Source of the DNA: Candidatus Oxydemutatoraceae bacterium
Lineage (GTDB): Bacteria; Pseudomonadota; Gammaproteobacteria; Poriferisulfidales; Oxydemutatoraceae
DNA length: 64,000 bases
Reading direction: 5' to 3'
Assembly (NCBI GenBank): GCA_965219575.1
Contig: OZ244779.1
Span: forward strand, 428,769 to 492,768
Shown here one piece after another: positions 20,447 through 31,736 of this stretch (the stretch's first letter is position 1; the number at the start of each line of letters is the position of its first letter). Both the position numbers and the translations under genes were made by a program. The notes beneath the pieces are model-generated. The model saw only the letters and a program-made list of their open reading frames with translations. It ran no database searches and was not told the DNA's origin.

Positions 20447-21199
20447 TTAGCCGTTTATGTCACAACCTAAAAAATTGCGCCCACACAGTCTACAAGACTC
20501 CATAACCGAAAAACTGCCACTAGCAGGGTCTATAACAATATCTCCTGAATTAGAAACAGATGCAATGAGTTCTTTTTGCAATTCTACGGGCTTTTTATGT
20601 GTAAATCCATTCCTATTTACCTCCTCTAACCATACATCGGGTATATTGTGTAACTTCCAAACACCTTTCGCTTTGCGCGGCGATTTCTGCAGTATGATTA
20701 AATGTTCGCTTCTTCGCCTCGTTCTATAACCCATTCCGATTTTGCCTTTATCCCAAGTTAGCATATCCACAACTTCTAGATTAGTGCCGTCTAACCAATC
20801 CAAAAAACCGGTGCATAAATGAAACTTATCCATCCATAGAAACAAATGCCCGCTTGGGATCAAAGTCTTATCTATGCCTTGTACAAACTTTTTTATTACT
20901 TCCTCCGTCATTTGTGGCAAACTTGCTCTCGCTTTCCCTCGTTGCTCTCCTTCATTACCATAACTTAATTTATCCAATATCCCGCGATACTGCGGGTCAA
21001 AGAATGCCACAGGTATTGTTTTTTCTTGTATCTTTGATAGGAACTTTAGCCCATCCATTTTAAGGCGTTTATTGAGACCTAAACTTTTTGGTAATTTCAA
21101 GTTAGGCGATTTTATATTACGCTCATTTGAGAAAACATTCGTTATGGTGGTGTTGTCCACTATGTCTATTGATTTTATTTTTTTTGCAGGTCTTGCCAT
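20447..21199 (-). CDS. Amino-DNA methyltransferase (beta class, N6A/N4C)
   Basis: Motif IV DPQY precedes motif I VIDPASGS; HKKP and FLGCDI motifs. Confidence 0.85.
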   Translation of the reverse strand: MARPAKKIKSIDIVDNTTITNVFSNERNIKSPNLKLPKSLGLNKRLKMDGLKFLSKIQEKTIPVAFFDPQYRGILDKLSYGNEGEQRGKARASLPQMTEEVIKKFVQGIDKTLIPSGHLFLWMDKFHLCTGFLDWLDGTNLEVVDMLTWDKGKIGMGYRTRRRSEHLIILQKSPRKAKGVWKLHNIPDVWLEEVNRNGFTHKKPVELQKELIASVSNSGDIVIDPASGSFSVMESCRLCGRNFLGCDING

Positions 21200-21419
21200 T
21201 ATTATTTTACTAATTTTTTGTATCTTAATTGATTATCGATTATAGCTCGCACATATTTGTTAATATCGCTCTCTATCACTAAATGAGGTCACTCCGGTTC
21301 TAAAAATTCTTTTACAATCTGATAAGCTAGAAAATTACATTCTTAAGTCGCCCTGATTTTATCATAGCCTTTAACATGTTCCTCCATTTAATTGGCAATA
21401 TGTATAATAGTTGTATCTT

Positions 21420-23456
21420 ATGACCGACAAAAGAGAAATCCTTGTAACCAGTGCTTTGCCGTACGCAAACGGGCCGATCCATATCGGTCATCTGGTGGAA
21501 TATATACAAACCGATATTTGGGCGCGTTTTCAGCGGTTGGTCGGGAACAGTTGCTACTACATCTGTGCCGACGATGCACACGGCACGCCGGTCATGCTCA
21601 AGGCGCAAGATGACGGTATAGATCCCGAGCAGTTGATTGCCGAAATGCGCAAGGCGCATATCAGGGATTTCAAGACTTTTCATATTCGGTTTGATAATTA
21701 CCATTCCACACACTCAAAAGAAAACCAAGCCATCAGCAACCATATCTATCAATGCGCCAAAGAGAAGGGTTATATAGAAAAGCGTACTATTCGTCAAGCC
21801 TACGACGAGAGCGCAAAGATGTTTCTGCCCGACCGTTATATCCGCGGCGAGTGTCCGCGGTGCGGTGCCAAAGACCAGTACGGAGATTGTTGCGAGGTAT
21901 GCGGTGCCACTTACAATTCCTCGGAGTTGATCAACCCGCACTCGGTAATCTCCGGCGACAAGCCCGTGCTACGCGAGTCGGAGCATTATTTCTTCAAACT
22001 CGGCATGCTTAAGGAACACCTAAAGTCATGGCTGTCGTCCGATCGCGTCCAGCAAGAAATCAAAAACAAACTGGACGAATGGTTTTCGGCAGGGTTACAA
22101 GATTGGGATATTTCGCGCGATGCGCCGTACTTCGGGTTTGAAATACCCGACCATCCGAACAAGTATTTCTATGTGTGGCTGGACGCACCCATAGGCTATA
22201 TTGCGAGCTTCAAGAATTACTGCGATCGCAAGGGTCTCGATTACAAGCGTTTTTGGGATGCCGACAGCAATACCGAACTGCATCATTTCATAGGCAAGGA
22301 CATCGCCTATTTTCACACTCTGTTTTGGCCGGCACTGCTCGACAGTGCAAATCTGAGACTGCCGACCCGAATCTATAGTCATGGCTTTCTGACGGTAGAC
22401 GGCGCAAAAATGTCTAAATCGCGCGGCACTTTTATCAAAGCCGAGACTTACGCAAAGCATCTGAACCCCGAATATCTGCGTTATTACTTCGCCGCCAAAC
22501 TAGGTTCGGGCATAGACGATATAGACCTCAATATGAAAGATTTCGTTCTGCGCGTGAATAGCGACCTAGTCGGCAAAGTTATCAACATCGCCGGGCGCTG
22601 CGCAAGTTTTATAGCGAAATACTTTGACAACCGAATAATCTGTTCCGAACAGCTACTCAAACATCCATGCTATAAGAAATTTAGGGAAGCGGAAGCGGAG
22701 ATTTGCCGAAACTATGAAAAGGTGGAATACGCCGCTGCGATGCGTTTGATTATGTCGCTTGCCGACGAAGCCAATCGCCTAATTGACCGGCACAAACCAT
22801 GGGCGATAGCAAAGGAACAAGGTGCCTCAACCGAACTGCACGAGATATGTAGTTTAGGGTTACTGCTGTTTAGCCGTTTATGTCTATACCTCAAACCGGT
22901 CTTGCCGGTGATGACCGAACAAGCCGAGAAATTCCTCAATATCTCGGTGGCACATTGGGATGACGCACCCTTTGAAGCAAAAGACCATCACACCATAGGT
23001 CGGTTCAAGCCTCTGATGACTCGTGTCGAGCCGAAGACGGTAGAGGCAATGATCGCAGACGAGGCGGCAAGTCAACAGGCAAAAGATAAATCTACCGACA
23101 AAACGACAACCGCATCGTCATCCGATGCCGAGACTATTACGCTTGCCGACTTTCAGAAACTGGACTTGCGTGTTGCGCGCATCGTTGCTGCCGAAGAAGT
23201 GGACGGTGCCGATAAGCTATTGGAACTCTCGGTGGATTTGGGAGAAAAAGAACCTCGCAAGATCTTGGCAGGAATCAAAAGTGCTTATCGCAGTGCCGAT
23301 TTAGTCGGCAAACATGTCGTCGTCGTCGCCAATCTAGAACCTAAAAAGATGCGCTTCGGCACCTCGCACGGCATGGTTCTGGCAGCGGGAGACGGCACCG
23401 ATTTATTTTTATTGGCACCCGACCCGGGTGCGGAAGCCGGATTGAAAATTAAATAG
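21420..23456 (+). CDS. metG: Methionine--tRNA ligase
   Basis: [12 protein letters not shown], zinc knuckle, KMSKS and C-terminal tRNA-binding domain. Confidence 0.97.
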   Translation: MTDKREILVTSALPYANGPIHIGHLVEYIQTDIWARFQRLVGNSCYYICADDAHGTPVMLKAQDDGIDPEQLIAEMRKAHIRDFKTFHIRFDNYHSTHSKENQAISNHIYQCAKEKGYIEKRTIRQAYDESAKMFLPDRYIRGECPRCGAKDQYGDCCEVCGATYNSSELINPHSVISGDKPVLRESEHYFFKLGMLKEHLKSWLSSDRVQQEIKNKLDEWFSAGLQDWDISRDAPYFGFEIPDHPNKYFYVWLDAPIGYIASFKNYCDRKGLDYKRFWDADSNTELHHFIGKDIAYFHTLFWPALLDSANLRLPTRIYSHGFLTVDGAKMSKSRGTFIKAETYAKHLNPEYLRYYFAAKLGSGIDDIDLNMKDFVLRVNSDLVGKVINIAGRCASFIAKYFDNRIICSEQLLKHPCYKKFREAEAEICRNYEKVEYAAAMRLIMSLADEANRLIDRHKPWAIAKEQGASTELHEICSLGLLLFSRLCLYLKPVLPVMTEQAEKFLNISVAHWDDAPFEAKDHHTIGRFKPLMTRVEPKTVEAMIADEAASQQAKDKSTDKTTTASSSDAETITLADFQKLDLRVARIVAAEEVDGADKLLELSVDLGEKEPRKILAGIKSAYRSADLVGKHVVVVANLEPKKMRFGTSHGMVLAAGDGTDLFLLAPDPGAEAGLKIK

Positions 23457-23460
23457 AACC

Positions 23461-24051
23461 TTGTCCGCCATGCAAGACTACATATTAATCGTCATCAATG
23501 TCGCGCTCATCAACAATTTCATACTTGCCAAGTTTTTGGGGCTATGCCCGTTGCTAGGCACCTCACGGCGTATTGACAGCGCAATCGGCATGTCGCTTGC
23601 CACGCTATTCGTACTGACGCTGGCATCGGTGCTCAGTTATCTAGTGCAACATTATTTACTGATGCCGTACCAGCTGGAATATCTGAACGCTTTGGTGTTC
23701 ATATTATTGATCGCGGTTGTAGTTCAATTAACCGAAATGACGATACATAAAATGAACCCGCTGATACATAACATGCTCGGCATTTATTTGCCTTTGATTA
23801 CTACGAATTGTGCGGTGCTTGCGGTTACTCTGCTCAACAGTCGCAATGCCGAAAGTTTTATGGAAGCATTGTTTATGGGTTTCGGCACAGCGATAGGCTT
23901 TGCCGTCGTGCTAATTATTTTTGCGAGCCTTAGAGAAAAGCTGGAACACGCCGATGTGCCGACTCCCTTCAAAGGTGCCGGCATTGCAATGATTACTGCC
24001 GGCATTATGTCTATAGCATTTATGGGCTTTAGCGGATTAGATAGCGGTTGA
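23461..24051 (+). CDS. rnfA: Rnf/Rsx complex subunit A
   Basis: [17 protein letters not shown] and MAFMGF-like C-terminus. Confidence 0.92.
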   Translation: MSAMQDYILIVINVALINNFILAKFLGLCPLLGTSRRIDSAIGMSLATLFVLTLASVLSYLVQHYLLMPYQLEYLNALVFILLIAVVVQLTEMTIHKMNPLIHNMLGIYLPLITTNCAVLAVTLLNSRNAESFMEALFMGFGTAIGFAVVLIIFASLREKLEHADVPTPFKGAGIAMITAGIMSIAFMGFSGLDSG

Positions 24052-24941
24052 TGATTATGGCGATACTGATCTTCGGTGCCACCGCACTGTTGATAGGGTA
24101 TGCGGTAGAACGCTTGGCTGCCTACCTTGCCCCCACCGACGACAGCCTAGTCTCTAAGGTCAATGCCTTGTTGCCGCAAACACAATGTGCGCAGTGCGGC
24201 TATCCGGGCTGTAGACCTTATGCTCAAGCCATCGTGGAAAAAAATGCACCCATAGATCAATGTCCGCCCGGTGGACAAACCACCACCGTCGCATTAAGCC
24301 GATTATTAGGGCGCGAAACCCCGAATAGGCAACCTATCGCAGAGGCAGCCGCGCTCGTCGCCCGTATTAGAGAAGCCGATTGCATCGGTTGCACCTTATG
24401 CATCAAAGCATGTCCGGTAGATGCCATCGTCGGCGCGCACGAATACATGCACAGTGTTATAGGGCAATACTGCACCGGTTGCGAGCTATGCGTAGCACCG
24501 TGTCCGATGGACTGCATAGAAATGATAGAAGCCAAGCCCGACAAGAACACCGACCGACCTGCCAAAGTAGAAACAGCTTGCATCCACTGCGATCGCTGCA
24601 ACGATATATGCCCGGTGGATTTGCCCGCCCACAGCCTCTATCAACTGATACGAGCCTGCAACATGGATGATGCAATTAGCGAAGGCTTAGCCGACTGTAT
24701 ATTGTGCGGTTCGTGCGATGTCGTTTGCCCGAGCCATATTCCGCTCACTCAAATATACCGCAACGCCAAACATCAATACCACAAGCTATCCAAACAACGC
24801 CGGCACGCCGCACAAGCACAATCGCGCTATGAAATACACAATACCCGATTGCTACAACAAGAACTCAAAGACCGACAAAGCCAACAAACCCAAAAAGAAT
24901 TACTCAAAGCACAAATCAAATCTCAACAGACACCCCGATAA
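24048..24941 (+). CDS. rnfB: RnfB fused to an RnfC-like C-terminal ferredoxin/coiled-coil region
   Basis: [18 protein letters not shown] plus 2[4Fe-4S] (RnfB), then CIHCDRC...[17 protein letters not shown]...RYE (RnfC-like). Confidence 0.8.
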   Translation: MMIMAILIFGATALLIGYAVERLAAYLAPTDDSLVSKVNALLPQTQCAQCGYPGCRPYAQAIVEKNAPIDQCPPGGQTTTVALSRLLGRETPNRQPIAEAAALVARIREADCIGCTLCIKACPVDAIVGAHEYMHSVIGQYCTGCELCVAPCPMDCIEMIEAKPDKNTDRPAKVETACIHCDRCNDICPVDLPAHSLYQLIRACNMDDAISEGLADCILCGSCDVVCPSHIPLTQIYRNAKHQYHKLSKQRRHAAQAQSRYEIHNTRLLQQELKDRQSQQTQKELLKAQIKSQQTPR

Positions 24942-24967
24942 ACGACTGTACTTCGTACAGACACGGC

Positions 24968-25342
24968 GGGGCTGTTGAAAAAGTACGGACATCACACAAA
25001 TCCAACCGCTGTGCGCCATGAACATTTGCAAACCACCTGTAGGGGCAGTATAAAGCCGCCGATTGAGCCGGTAGGTCAATCGGCAACTCTGATGTCTGCC
25101 CTTAAGTACCGTTCGGCACGACACCAACCGCTTGCGCCATGAATATTTACAAACCACCCGTAGGGGCGGACTGGCATGTCCGCCCTAAAGTTCTGTTCTG
25201 AACAGCCGCAACCGCTTGCGCCGTATGGTTTTGGTTTCTATAAATTGAATGGATGAATGTATAAATCGTGCCGGCCAACGCGTTACGGGCGGACATGCAA
25301 GTCCGCCCCTACAACTTTATGAAATACTTTTTCAACAGTCCC
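24968..25342. repeat. Mosaic REP/MITE-like element with terminal inverted repeats
   Basis: GGGGCTGTTGAAAAAGTA...TACTTTTTCAACAGTCCC enclosing three REP palindromes. Confidence 0.85.
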
Positions 25343-25503
25343 ATACTTCCAGCCACATAAAGCCGACCCGACAGGAGAGATAAACTTTTTATTAACGTAT
25401 TGTTAAATAAAATTTAAGTAAAATGAAGCAATAACAAGTCACTAATTTCGTAGTTTTGCTATAATTTAACATTTTATAACCAAATTTATAGGAGGTATAC
25501 ATT

Positions 25504-27015
25504 ATGAATGTAGCTGCTGAAAAGTTTGAACTGGATACATCGGTTCAACAATTCATACATGAGCAAAGAAAAATGCTCATTGACGGCAAATGGGTACCGT
25601 CGTTATCCGGTAAGACATTGGAAGTTGTTAATCCGGCAACCGAAGAGGTTGTTGCGCATGTTGCAGAAGGCGACAAAGCAGATGTTGACATGGCTGTTAA
25701 AGCTGCACGAAGGGCGTTTGAAAGCGGGCGTTGGCCGGCGATGTCGCCTTCCGAGCGTAGCAGAATGATAGCCAAGATCGGCGATCTAATTTTAGATAAT
25801 CTAGATGAGCTTGCCGAGATAGAATCGCTGGATAACGGTAAGCCCGTCACCGTAGCGCGAGTAGCCGATGTACCTTTGGCAGCCGACATATTCCATTATA
25901 TGTCGGGGTGGGCAACGAAAATGCACGGAGATACACTTTCTCTATCGGTGCCTTACACTCCCGGTGCACAATATCACTCATACACACTGAGAGAGCCCAT
26001 CGGTGTAGTAGGACAAATAATTCCATGGAATTTTCCGCTACTGATGGCAGCTTGGAAATTAGCTCCGGCACTGGCAACCGGTTGCACTATAGTCCTTAAA
26101 TTGGCGGAAGAAACGCCGCTATCGGGACTCAGGCTCGGAGAAATTATACAAGAGGCGGGAGTTCCGGACGGCGTGGTTAATATCATCACCGGTTATGGAG
26201 AAACCGCAGGTGCATCGCTCGCATCTCATCCGGATGTAGATAAAGTTGCTTTCACCGGTTCAACCGAAGTCGGCAAGTTGATCGTACAAGCTGCGGCAAA
26301 CGACCTGAAAAAAGTTTCGCTTGAGCTCGGAGGAAAATCTCCGAACATCGTACTGGACGATGCCGATATGGAAGTCGCTATTCAAGGTACGGCGAATGCT
26401 ATTTTCTTTAATCACGGACAGTGCTGCTGTGCCGGCTCGCGTATATACGCCGACACCAAAGTCTTCGACAAGATTGTCGAGGGTGTCTCCGATATGGCGT
26501 CTAAGATCAAATTGGGTCCGGGATTGGATCCAAACACCGAGATGGGGCCTATGGTATCCAAAATCCAACACGAGCGAGTCTCGGGTTATTTGGATTCGGG
26601 GCTAAGCGACGGTGCCGAAGCAGTCGTCGGTGGAAAGAAAAAAGACGGTTCGGGTTATTTCGTCGAACCGACGGTACTGGTTAACACCAAGCAAGACATG
26701 AAAGTTAACCAGGAAGAAATTTTCGGCCCGGTGGTCACTATGATGCCGTTCGAGCAACTCGACGACGACATAATCAAAAATGCCAACGACACAATCTACG
26801 GATTGGCAGCCGGTATATGGACTAGAGATCTCGGTAGAGCACATCGTTTGGCAGCTCGTTTGAGAGCCGGCACGGTGTGGATAAATTGCTACAACGTCTT
26901 TGATGCTGCATTGCCTTTCGGCGGTTACAAGCAATCCGGCTGGGGGCGTGAAATGGGTGAAGCGGTATTGGAAAACTATACCGAACTCAAGGCTGTTACG
27001 GTTAATATCTCTTAA
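25504..27015 (+). CDS. NAD-dependent aldehyde dehydrogenase
   Basis: IPWNFP, FTGSTEVG, LELGGKSP, GQCCCAG and EEIFGPV motifs. Confidence 0.95.
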   Translation: MNVAAEKFELDTSVQQFIHEQRKMLIDGKWVPSLSGKTLEVVNPATEEVVAHVAEGDKADVDMAVKAARRAFESGRWPAMSPSERSRMIAKIGDLILDNLDELAEIESLDNGKPVTVARVADVPLAADIFHYMSGWATKMHGDTLSLSVPYTPGAQYHSYTLREPIGVVGQIIPWNFPLLMAAWKLAPALATGCTIVLKLAEETPLSGLRLGEIIQEAGVPDGVVNIITGYGETAGASLASHPDVDKVAFTGSTEVGKLIVQAAANDLKKVSLELGGKSPNIVLDDADMEVAIQGTANAIFFNHGQCCCAGSRIYADTKVFDKIVEGVSDMASKIKLGPGLDPNTEMGPMVSKIQHERVSGYLDSGLSDGAEAVVGGKKKDGSGYFVEPTVLVNTKQDMKVNQEEIFGPVVTMMPFEQLDDDIIKNANDTIYGLAAGIWTRDLGRAHRLAARLRAGTVWINCYNVFDAALPFGGYKQSGWGREMGEAVLENYTELKAVTVNIS

Positions 27016-27031
27016 GCGTAGTAAGTGCTTT

Positions 27032-27075
27032 AATGCCTGCCGATAGATAATTCACTATCGGCGGGCATTCTCTTT
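27032..27075 (+). terminator. Stem-loop between ALDH and acs (terminator or stabiliser)
   Basis: AATGCCTGCCGATAG-loop-CTATCGGCGGGCATT followed by CTCTTT. Confidence 0.6.
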
Positions 27076-27095
27076 GATAACAAAGCGTAGGTTAA

Positions 27096-29039
27096 ATGCC
27101 CTCTTCTTTATATCCGGTACCCGAAACGATCGCCGAAAACACACTTATCGATTCAGAGGCTTATCGGCATCTATATAATGAATCCATTAATAACCCCGAA
27201 AAATTCTGGGGTGATCAAGCGCAGCGATTTATTAGCTGGTCTCGCCCTTGGTCTCGAGTACTCGAGTGGGACTACCATAAAGGACTGATACGCTGGTTCG
27301 ACGATGCTCGGTTGAATGTTTGCTATAACTGTCTAGACCGTCATTTGGATAAACACGGCGATCGCACTGCAATCATTTGGGAGAGCGACGATCCGAATGT
27401 TTCCAAGACTTTCAGTTATCGCGAATTGCACCGCCTTGTATGCCGCTTTGCCAACGCATTAAAAGCCGACGGCGTACGCAAAGGTGATCGGGTTTGCATC
27501 TATATGCCGATGATCGTAGAAGCCGTTGTTGCGATGCTGGCGTGCGCTCGTATCGGTGCCGTGCATTCGGTGGTATTCGGTGGCTTCTCGTCGGAGTCGT
27601 TGCGCAGTCGTATCCTAGATTCGGATTGTCGCGTTGTTATTACCGCCGATCAAGGTGTACGCGGTGGCAAGCCGATTCCCTTAAAAGCCAATGTTGACGA
27701 AGCCTTGACGCAATGCCCGAATGTTCGCCGTGTAATCGTTGTTAAGCATGTCGGCGAGGAAATATCTTTTATCGGCGAGCGCGATGCCTGGTTTCACGAA
27801 CTCTGTGCCGAGGTAGATACCGATTGTCCCGCCGAGGCGATGGATGCCGAGGATCCTTTATTCATACTTTATACTTCGGGTTCCACCGGAAAACCCAAAG
27901 GGGTTTTGCACACTATGGGTGGCTACTTGCTCTATGCCGCAATAACCCATAAATACAGCTTTGATTACCACGACGGAGAAATCTATTGGTGCACCGCAGA
28001 TATCGGCTGGATTACCGGCCACTCCTATATTGTTTACGGCCCACTTGCCAACGCCGCCACGACACTGGTGTTCGAGGGTGTCCCGACTTATCCCGACGCT
28101 TCGCGCTTTTGGCAAGTCGTGGACAAACATCGCGTTAATATCTTTTACACCGCACCGACCGCGATACGCGCGTTGATGCGTTTGGGAGACGCGCCGCTAC
28201 ATAAAACCGACCGCAGTAGTCTACGCCTCCTCGCCACGGTGGGCGAACCGATTAATCCCGAAGCGTGGCAGTGGTACTACAAAGCAGTCGGAGATCAACG
28301 TTGCCCGATTGTAGATACGTGGTGGCAAACGGAAACCGGCGGTCACATGATTACGCCGCTACCCGGTGCAACCGCACTAAAACCGGGTTCTGCAACACGG
28401 CCTTTTTTCGGCATTTGTCCGGCGATAGTAGACGATAAAGGAAACGAACTCGAGGGTGCTTGCGAAGGCAATCTGGTTATTACTAAACCATGGCCGGGTC
28501 AGATGCGTACCGTATACGGCGATCACCGGCGGTTCGTAGACACCTACTTCAGTACTTTCCCCGGCAAATACTTCAGCGGCGACGGGTGTCGTAGAGACGA
28601 AGACGGTTATTACTGGATTACCGGACGCGTCGACGACATTATTAATGTATCGGGGCATCGCTTGGGTACCGCCGAAATTGAAAGCGCACTGGTTGAACAC
28701 GATAAGGTTGCCGAAGCTGCCGTAGTTGCGTATCCACACGACATCAAGGGACAAGGCATCTATGCTTATGTGACTCTAATGGAAGGCACTGTCGGGGACG
28801 ATGCAATAAAGCAAGAATTATTCGAATTAGTACGCCGGCAAATCGGTGCAATCGCAATTCCCGACATTATCCAGTGGGCTCCCAATTTACCGAAAACACG
28901 CTCGGGCAAGATTATGCGCCGTATTCTACGCAAAATTGCCAGCGACGATACCGATGACCTCGGCGACATCTCTACGCTGGCCGACCCGTCGAGCATCAAA
29001 GATATTATTGCCGAGAAAGCGGCAGCGGTGGTAAACTAA
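27096..29039 (+). CDS. acs: Acetyl-CoA synthetase
   Basis: [21 protein letters not shown] and [12 protein letters not shown] motifs. Confidence 0.97.
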   Translation: MPSSLYPVPETIAENTLIDSEAYRHLYNESINNPEKFWGDQAQRFISWSRPWSRVLEWDYHKGLIRWFDDARLNVCYNCLDRHLDKHGDRTAIIWESDDPNVSKTFSYRELHRLVCRFANALKADGVRKGDRVCIYMPMIVEAVVAMLACARIGAVHSVVFGGFSSESLRSRILDSDCRVVITADQGVRGGKPIPLKANVDEALTQCPNVRRVIVVKHVGEEISFIGERDAWFHELCAEVDTDCPAEAMDAEDPLFILYTSGSTGKPKGVLHTMGGYLLYAAITHKYSFDYHDGEIYWCTADIGWITGHSYIVYGPLANAATTLVFEGVPTYPDASRFWQVVDKHRVNIFYTAPTAIRALMRLGDAPLHKTDRSSLRLLATVGEPINPEAWQWYYKAVGDQRCPIVDTWWQTETGGHMITPLPGATALKPGSATRPFFGICPAIVDDKGNELEGACEGNLVITKPWPGQMRTVYGDHRRFVDTYFSTFPGKYFSGDGCRRDEDGYYWITGRVDDIINVSGHRLGTAEIESALVEHDKVAEAAVVAYPHDIKGQGIYAYVTLMEGTVGDDAIKQELFELVRRQIGAIAIPDIIQWAPNLPKTRSGKIMRRILRKIASDDTDDLGDISTLADPSSIKDIIAEKAAAVVN

Positions 29040-29067
29040 CGATTTTCCAAAAACATTTGAGGGAGTT

Positions 29068-30042
29068 GTGATGAAGAAATTTATAACGCCGACTTTGTTC
29101 GTACTGATAACGCTGATTAGCGGTATCATCAACGCAGCCGAAACGGTACGTGTCGGAACACTACAATTCGGTACGGTCAATTGGGAACTCGATACTGCAC
29201 GGCATTACGGTCTCGATACCGAACAAGACATTCGTATCGAAGTCATGTCGTATGCAAATAAGCAAGCCGTACATATTATCTTCCAGAGTAAGGAAGTAGA
29301 TATGATTGTAACCGACTGGGTCTGGGTATCGCGCAAACGTGCCGAAGGGGATGACTTTAGTTTTATTCCTTACTCCTCGTCGTTGGGCGCGGTGATGGTG
29401 CCACCCGATTCGAATGTCGAGTCGTTGTCCGATTTACGCGATTTGAGGCTCGGTGTTGCCGGCGGCGCACACGATAAAAGTTGGTTGTTATTGCAAGCCT
29501 GGGGAAACAAGGAACATGACTTTGAGTTGTCCGACAGTGTTGACGTTAATTATGCGGCACCGCCGCTATTGAACGGCCAAATAGAACGAAACAACCTAGA
29601 TGCAGTTTTGAATTTTTGGCACTACAGTGCTCGTTTGGAAGCTATAAACTATAGTTCCCTAGTGAAAATGTCTGATGTAATGAAGGATTTGGGCATAGAC
29701 CCGATACCGATGGTAGGCTACACTTTCCGCAACGATTGGGCAAAGCAACATGACGGGCTGGTCGTGAGATTCAATAATGCGATACGCAATGCTCGAGAGC
29801 TTTTGCGCAGCGACGACGAAGCATGGAACAGATTGCGACCGATGATGCGCGCAGAGAACGAAGCAACATTCATCGCGCTACGCGATCACTATCGCAAGGG
29901 CATCCCGTTACAGTGGGGAGAAACCGATCGAAAGAGTGCAATACAACTGATGGCGATATTGTCCGAAATCGGTGGCAGAGAAGCGGTCGGTAACAGTACT
30001 CAACTCATGCCCGGAACTTTTTGGTCGCAAGGATACTTCTAA
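29068..30042 (+). CDS. ABC substrate-binding protein (NitT/TauT type, PQQ-dehydrogenase associated)
   Basis: Signal peptide; FGTVNWELD, DWVWVSR and DKSWLL motifs seen in xox/ped clusters. Confidence 0.8.
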   Translation: MMKKFITPTLFVLITLISGIINAAETVRVGTLQFGTVNWELDTARHYGLDTEQDIRIEVMSYANKQAVHIIFQSKEVDMIVTDWVWVSRKRAEGDDFSFIPYSSSLGAVMVPPDSNVESLSDLRDLRLGVAGGAHDKSWLLLQAWGNKEHDFELSDSVDVNYAAPPLLNGQIERNNLDAVLNFWHYSARLEAINYSSLVKMSDVMKDLGIDPIPMVGYTFRNDWAKQHDGLVVRFNNAIRNARELLRSDDEAWNRLRPMMRAENEATFIALRDHYRKGIPLQWGETDRKSAIQLMAILSEIGGREAVGNSTQLMPGTFWSQGYF

Positions 30043-30160
30043 AAATTTTTAGGAATTATATACTTAAATACATAACTGATTAATGAAAGCTATATAACTC
30101 AAGGGTTATTTAAGGTTTTATTTATTTTAATTTTGTGACACAATGATACATAAATAACCT

Positions 30161-31120
30161 ATGGAGATAAACATGAAAAGACGAGCTAAAACAATCGGCA
30201 TACTAGAGTTGCAAAAGATGTTTTCCACTGAATACAAAGCGAGTAAATGGTTTGAAGCTGTGCGTTGGAACGGCACCCCAGTATGTCCTAAATGCAATGC
30301 AGAGGATAACATAGTTAAGCGCAGAGATAAGCAACACCAGCACGCTTATTGCTGTAATTCGTGTAGTCCACAATACACATTTACGGTCAAAACTGGGACG
30401 CTAATGCATGCTTCAAAATTGCCTTTAGCAAAATGGGCGATTGTTTGTTATTTAATTCTAACGGCGCGTAAAGGTGTATCGTCTTTACAGCTATCAAAGG
30501 AATTAAGCATTACTCAAAAGTCGGCTTGGTTTATGCTACAGCGTGTCCGTGAGGCATGCCAGCAAGGTGCTTTTAAGCTATCGGGTTCAGTGGAAATAGA
30601 CGAAACCTATATTGGTGGTAAGGAAAGGAACAAGCACGAGAACAAGCAGTTGAAATCTGGCCGAGGTGTCGTTGGGAAATCTATCATACTCGGCATGCGC
30701 GAGAGATGCGGTAGAACTAAAGCGATGCCAGTTGCAAACACCAAGCAACCTACACTACACAGAGCAATAACTAGCAATGTAGAAATCGGTAGCCAATTAT
30801 ATACTGATGAACATTCAGGTTATTTGAGTGTCAGTGGTATGCTCTACAAACATGATACAGTCAATCATTTGGCGAAGGAATATGTCAATGGCATGATACA
30901 TACCAACGGCATAGAAAGCGTATGGGCTTTGCTTAAGCGCGGATTAAGCGGAACTTATCATCATGTCAGCATAAAGCATTTGCCGAGATATGTAGATGAG
31001 TTTTCTTTTAGATTGAACAAAGGAAACTGTCAAGTAGATACCCTAGAGCGCATGGCAGCACTAGCTAAAGGCTTTTTGGGTAAGCGATTAAGTTATAAAG
31101 AACTCACCGACAGTAATTAA
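30161..31120 (+). CDS. IS1595 family DDE transposase
   Basis: Zinc ribbon CPKC...CNSC, HTH, VEIDETY, TDE, HTNGIES and YVDEFSFR motifs. Confidence 0.93.
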   Translation: MEINMKRRAKTIGILELQKMFSTEYKASKWFEAVRWNGTPVCPKCNAEDNIVKRRDKQHQHAYCCNSCSPQYTFTVKTGTLMHASKLPLAKWAIVCYLILTARKGVSSLQLSKELSITQKSAWFMLQRVREACQQGAFKLSGSVEIDETYIGGKERNKHENKQLKSGRGVVGKSIILGMRERCGRTKAMPVANTKQPTLHRAITSNVEIGSQLYTDEHSGYLSVSGMLYKHDTVNHLAKEYVNGMIHTNGIESVWALLKRGLSGTYHHVSIKHLPRYVDEFSFRLNKGNCQVDTLERMAALAKGFLGKRLSYKELTDSN

Positions 31121-31213
31121 AGTGGATAGCTTGGAGCGGTTTCATAACACAGCTGCAATCGCCAACAAGTATGTTGCCAGCGTTGTCAAGTGAAGTAAGC
31201 GAAAGTTTAAGAA

Positions 31214-31372
31214 ATGAACCCTAAAGATCATAAACCAATAAACGAAAGGGATTTTAAGGAAGCTATAAAAGAGGTGTTGCTAAAGCCTACCCCTAATCGC
31301 ACAAAGTATCAGAGCAAAAACCCCACAAATAAGGAGCTAAATACTCGCTTTAAGCTAGAAAAGCGAGAGTGA
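31214..31372 (+). CDS. Putative 52-aa passenger ORF inside IS1595
   Basis: MNPKDHKPINERDFKEAIKEVLLKPTPNRTKYQSKNPTNKELNTRFKLEKRE*. Ends at the right IR. Confidence 0.4.
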   Translation: MNPKDHKPINERDFKEAIKEVLLKPTPNRTKYQSKNPTNKELNTRFKLEKRE

Positions 31373-31736
31373 TTTATGTATTTAAGTATATAATTCCCAA
31401 ATTTTTGATGTCCCGACGGGCATTATCGCATTTATTTTATCTAATTCATTTATTTATTTATTTAAATCCGCTTAGCAAAGCATTATATAGCTTATGTTTT
31501 ATGGCTATTTGAAAATGTTTTAGTACGGCTTTGATTGATAAAATTATTCTTTACAAAAAGGACAATATACTATCTTTCTGCTATAGTCACACACATCACG
31601 GAGAGGAGGTGGAAGCTTTTTCTCTGCAGAAGAGAAAAGTCTATCCGTGAAGGACATGAGGTCCGATAAATTTTATGGATATGAAATTTTTGAGTTGAAT
31701 GGATTCTATTTTCTTTTGTACAAAAGGGAGGAAGAA

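Larger units (their letters stand above)
30051..31398 (+). mobile_element. IS1595-family insertion sequence, complete
   Basis: Inverted repeats AGGAATTATATACTTAAATACATAA and TTATGTATTTAAGTATATAATTCCC. 8-bp direct repeat AAATTTTT at 30043-30050 and 31399-31406. Confidence 0.92.

Noticed and set aside
31597-31664. Glycine riboswitch upstream of xoxF
   Set aside because: GGAGAG and GAAGG fragments are present, but the CTCAGG element and tandem aptamer layout are missing. Kept only as an unknown structured leader.
31647-31736. Extended xoxF N-terminus from GTG 31647
   Set aside because: The signal peptide and RBS (GGGAGG) fit ATG 31737.
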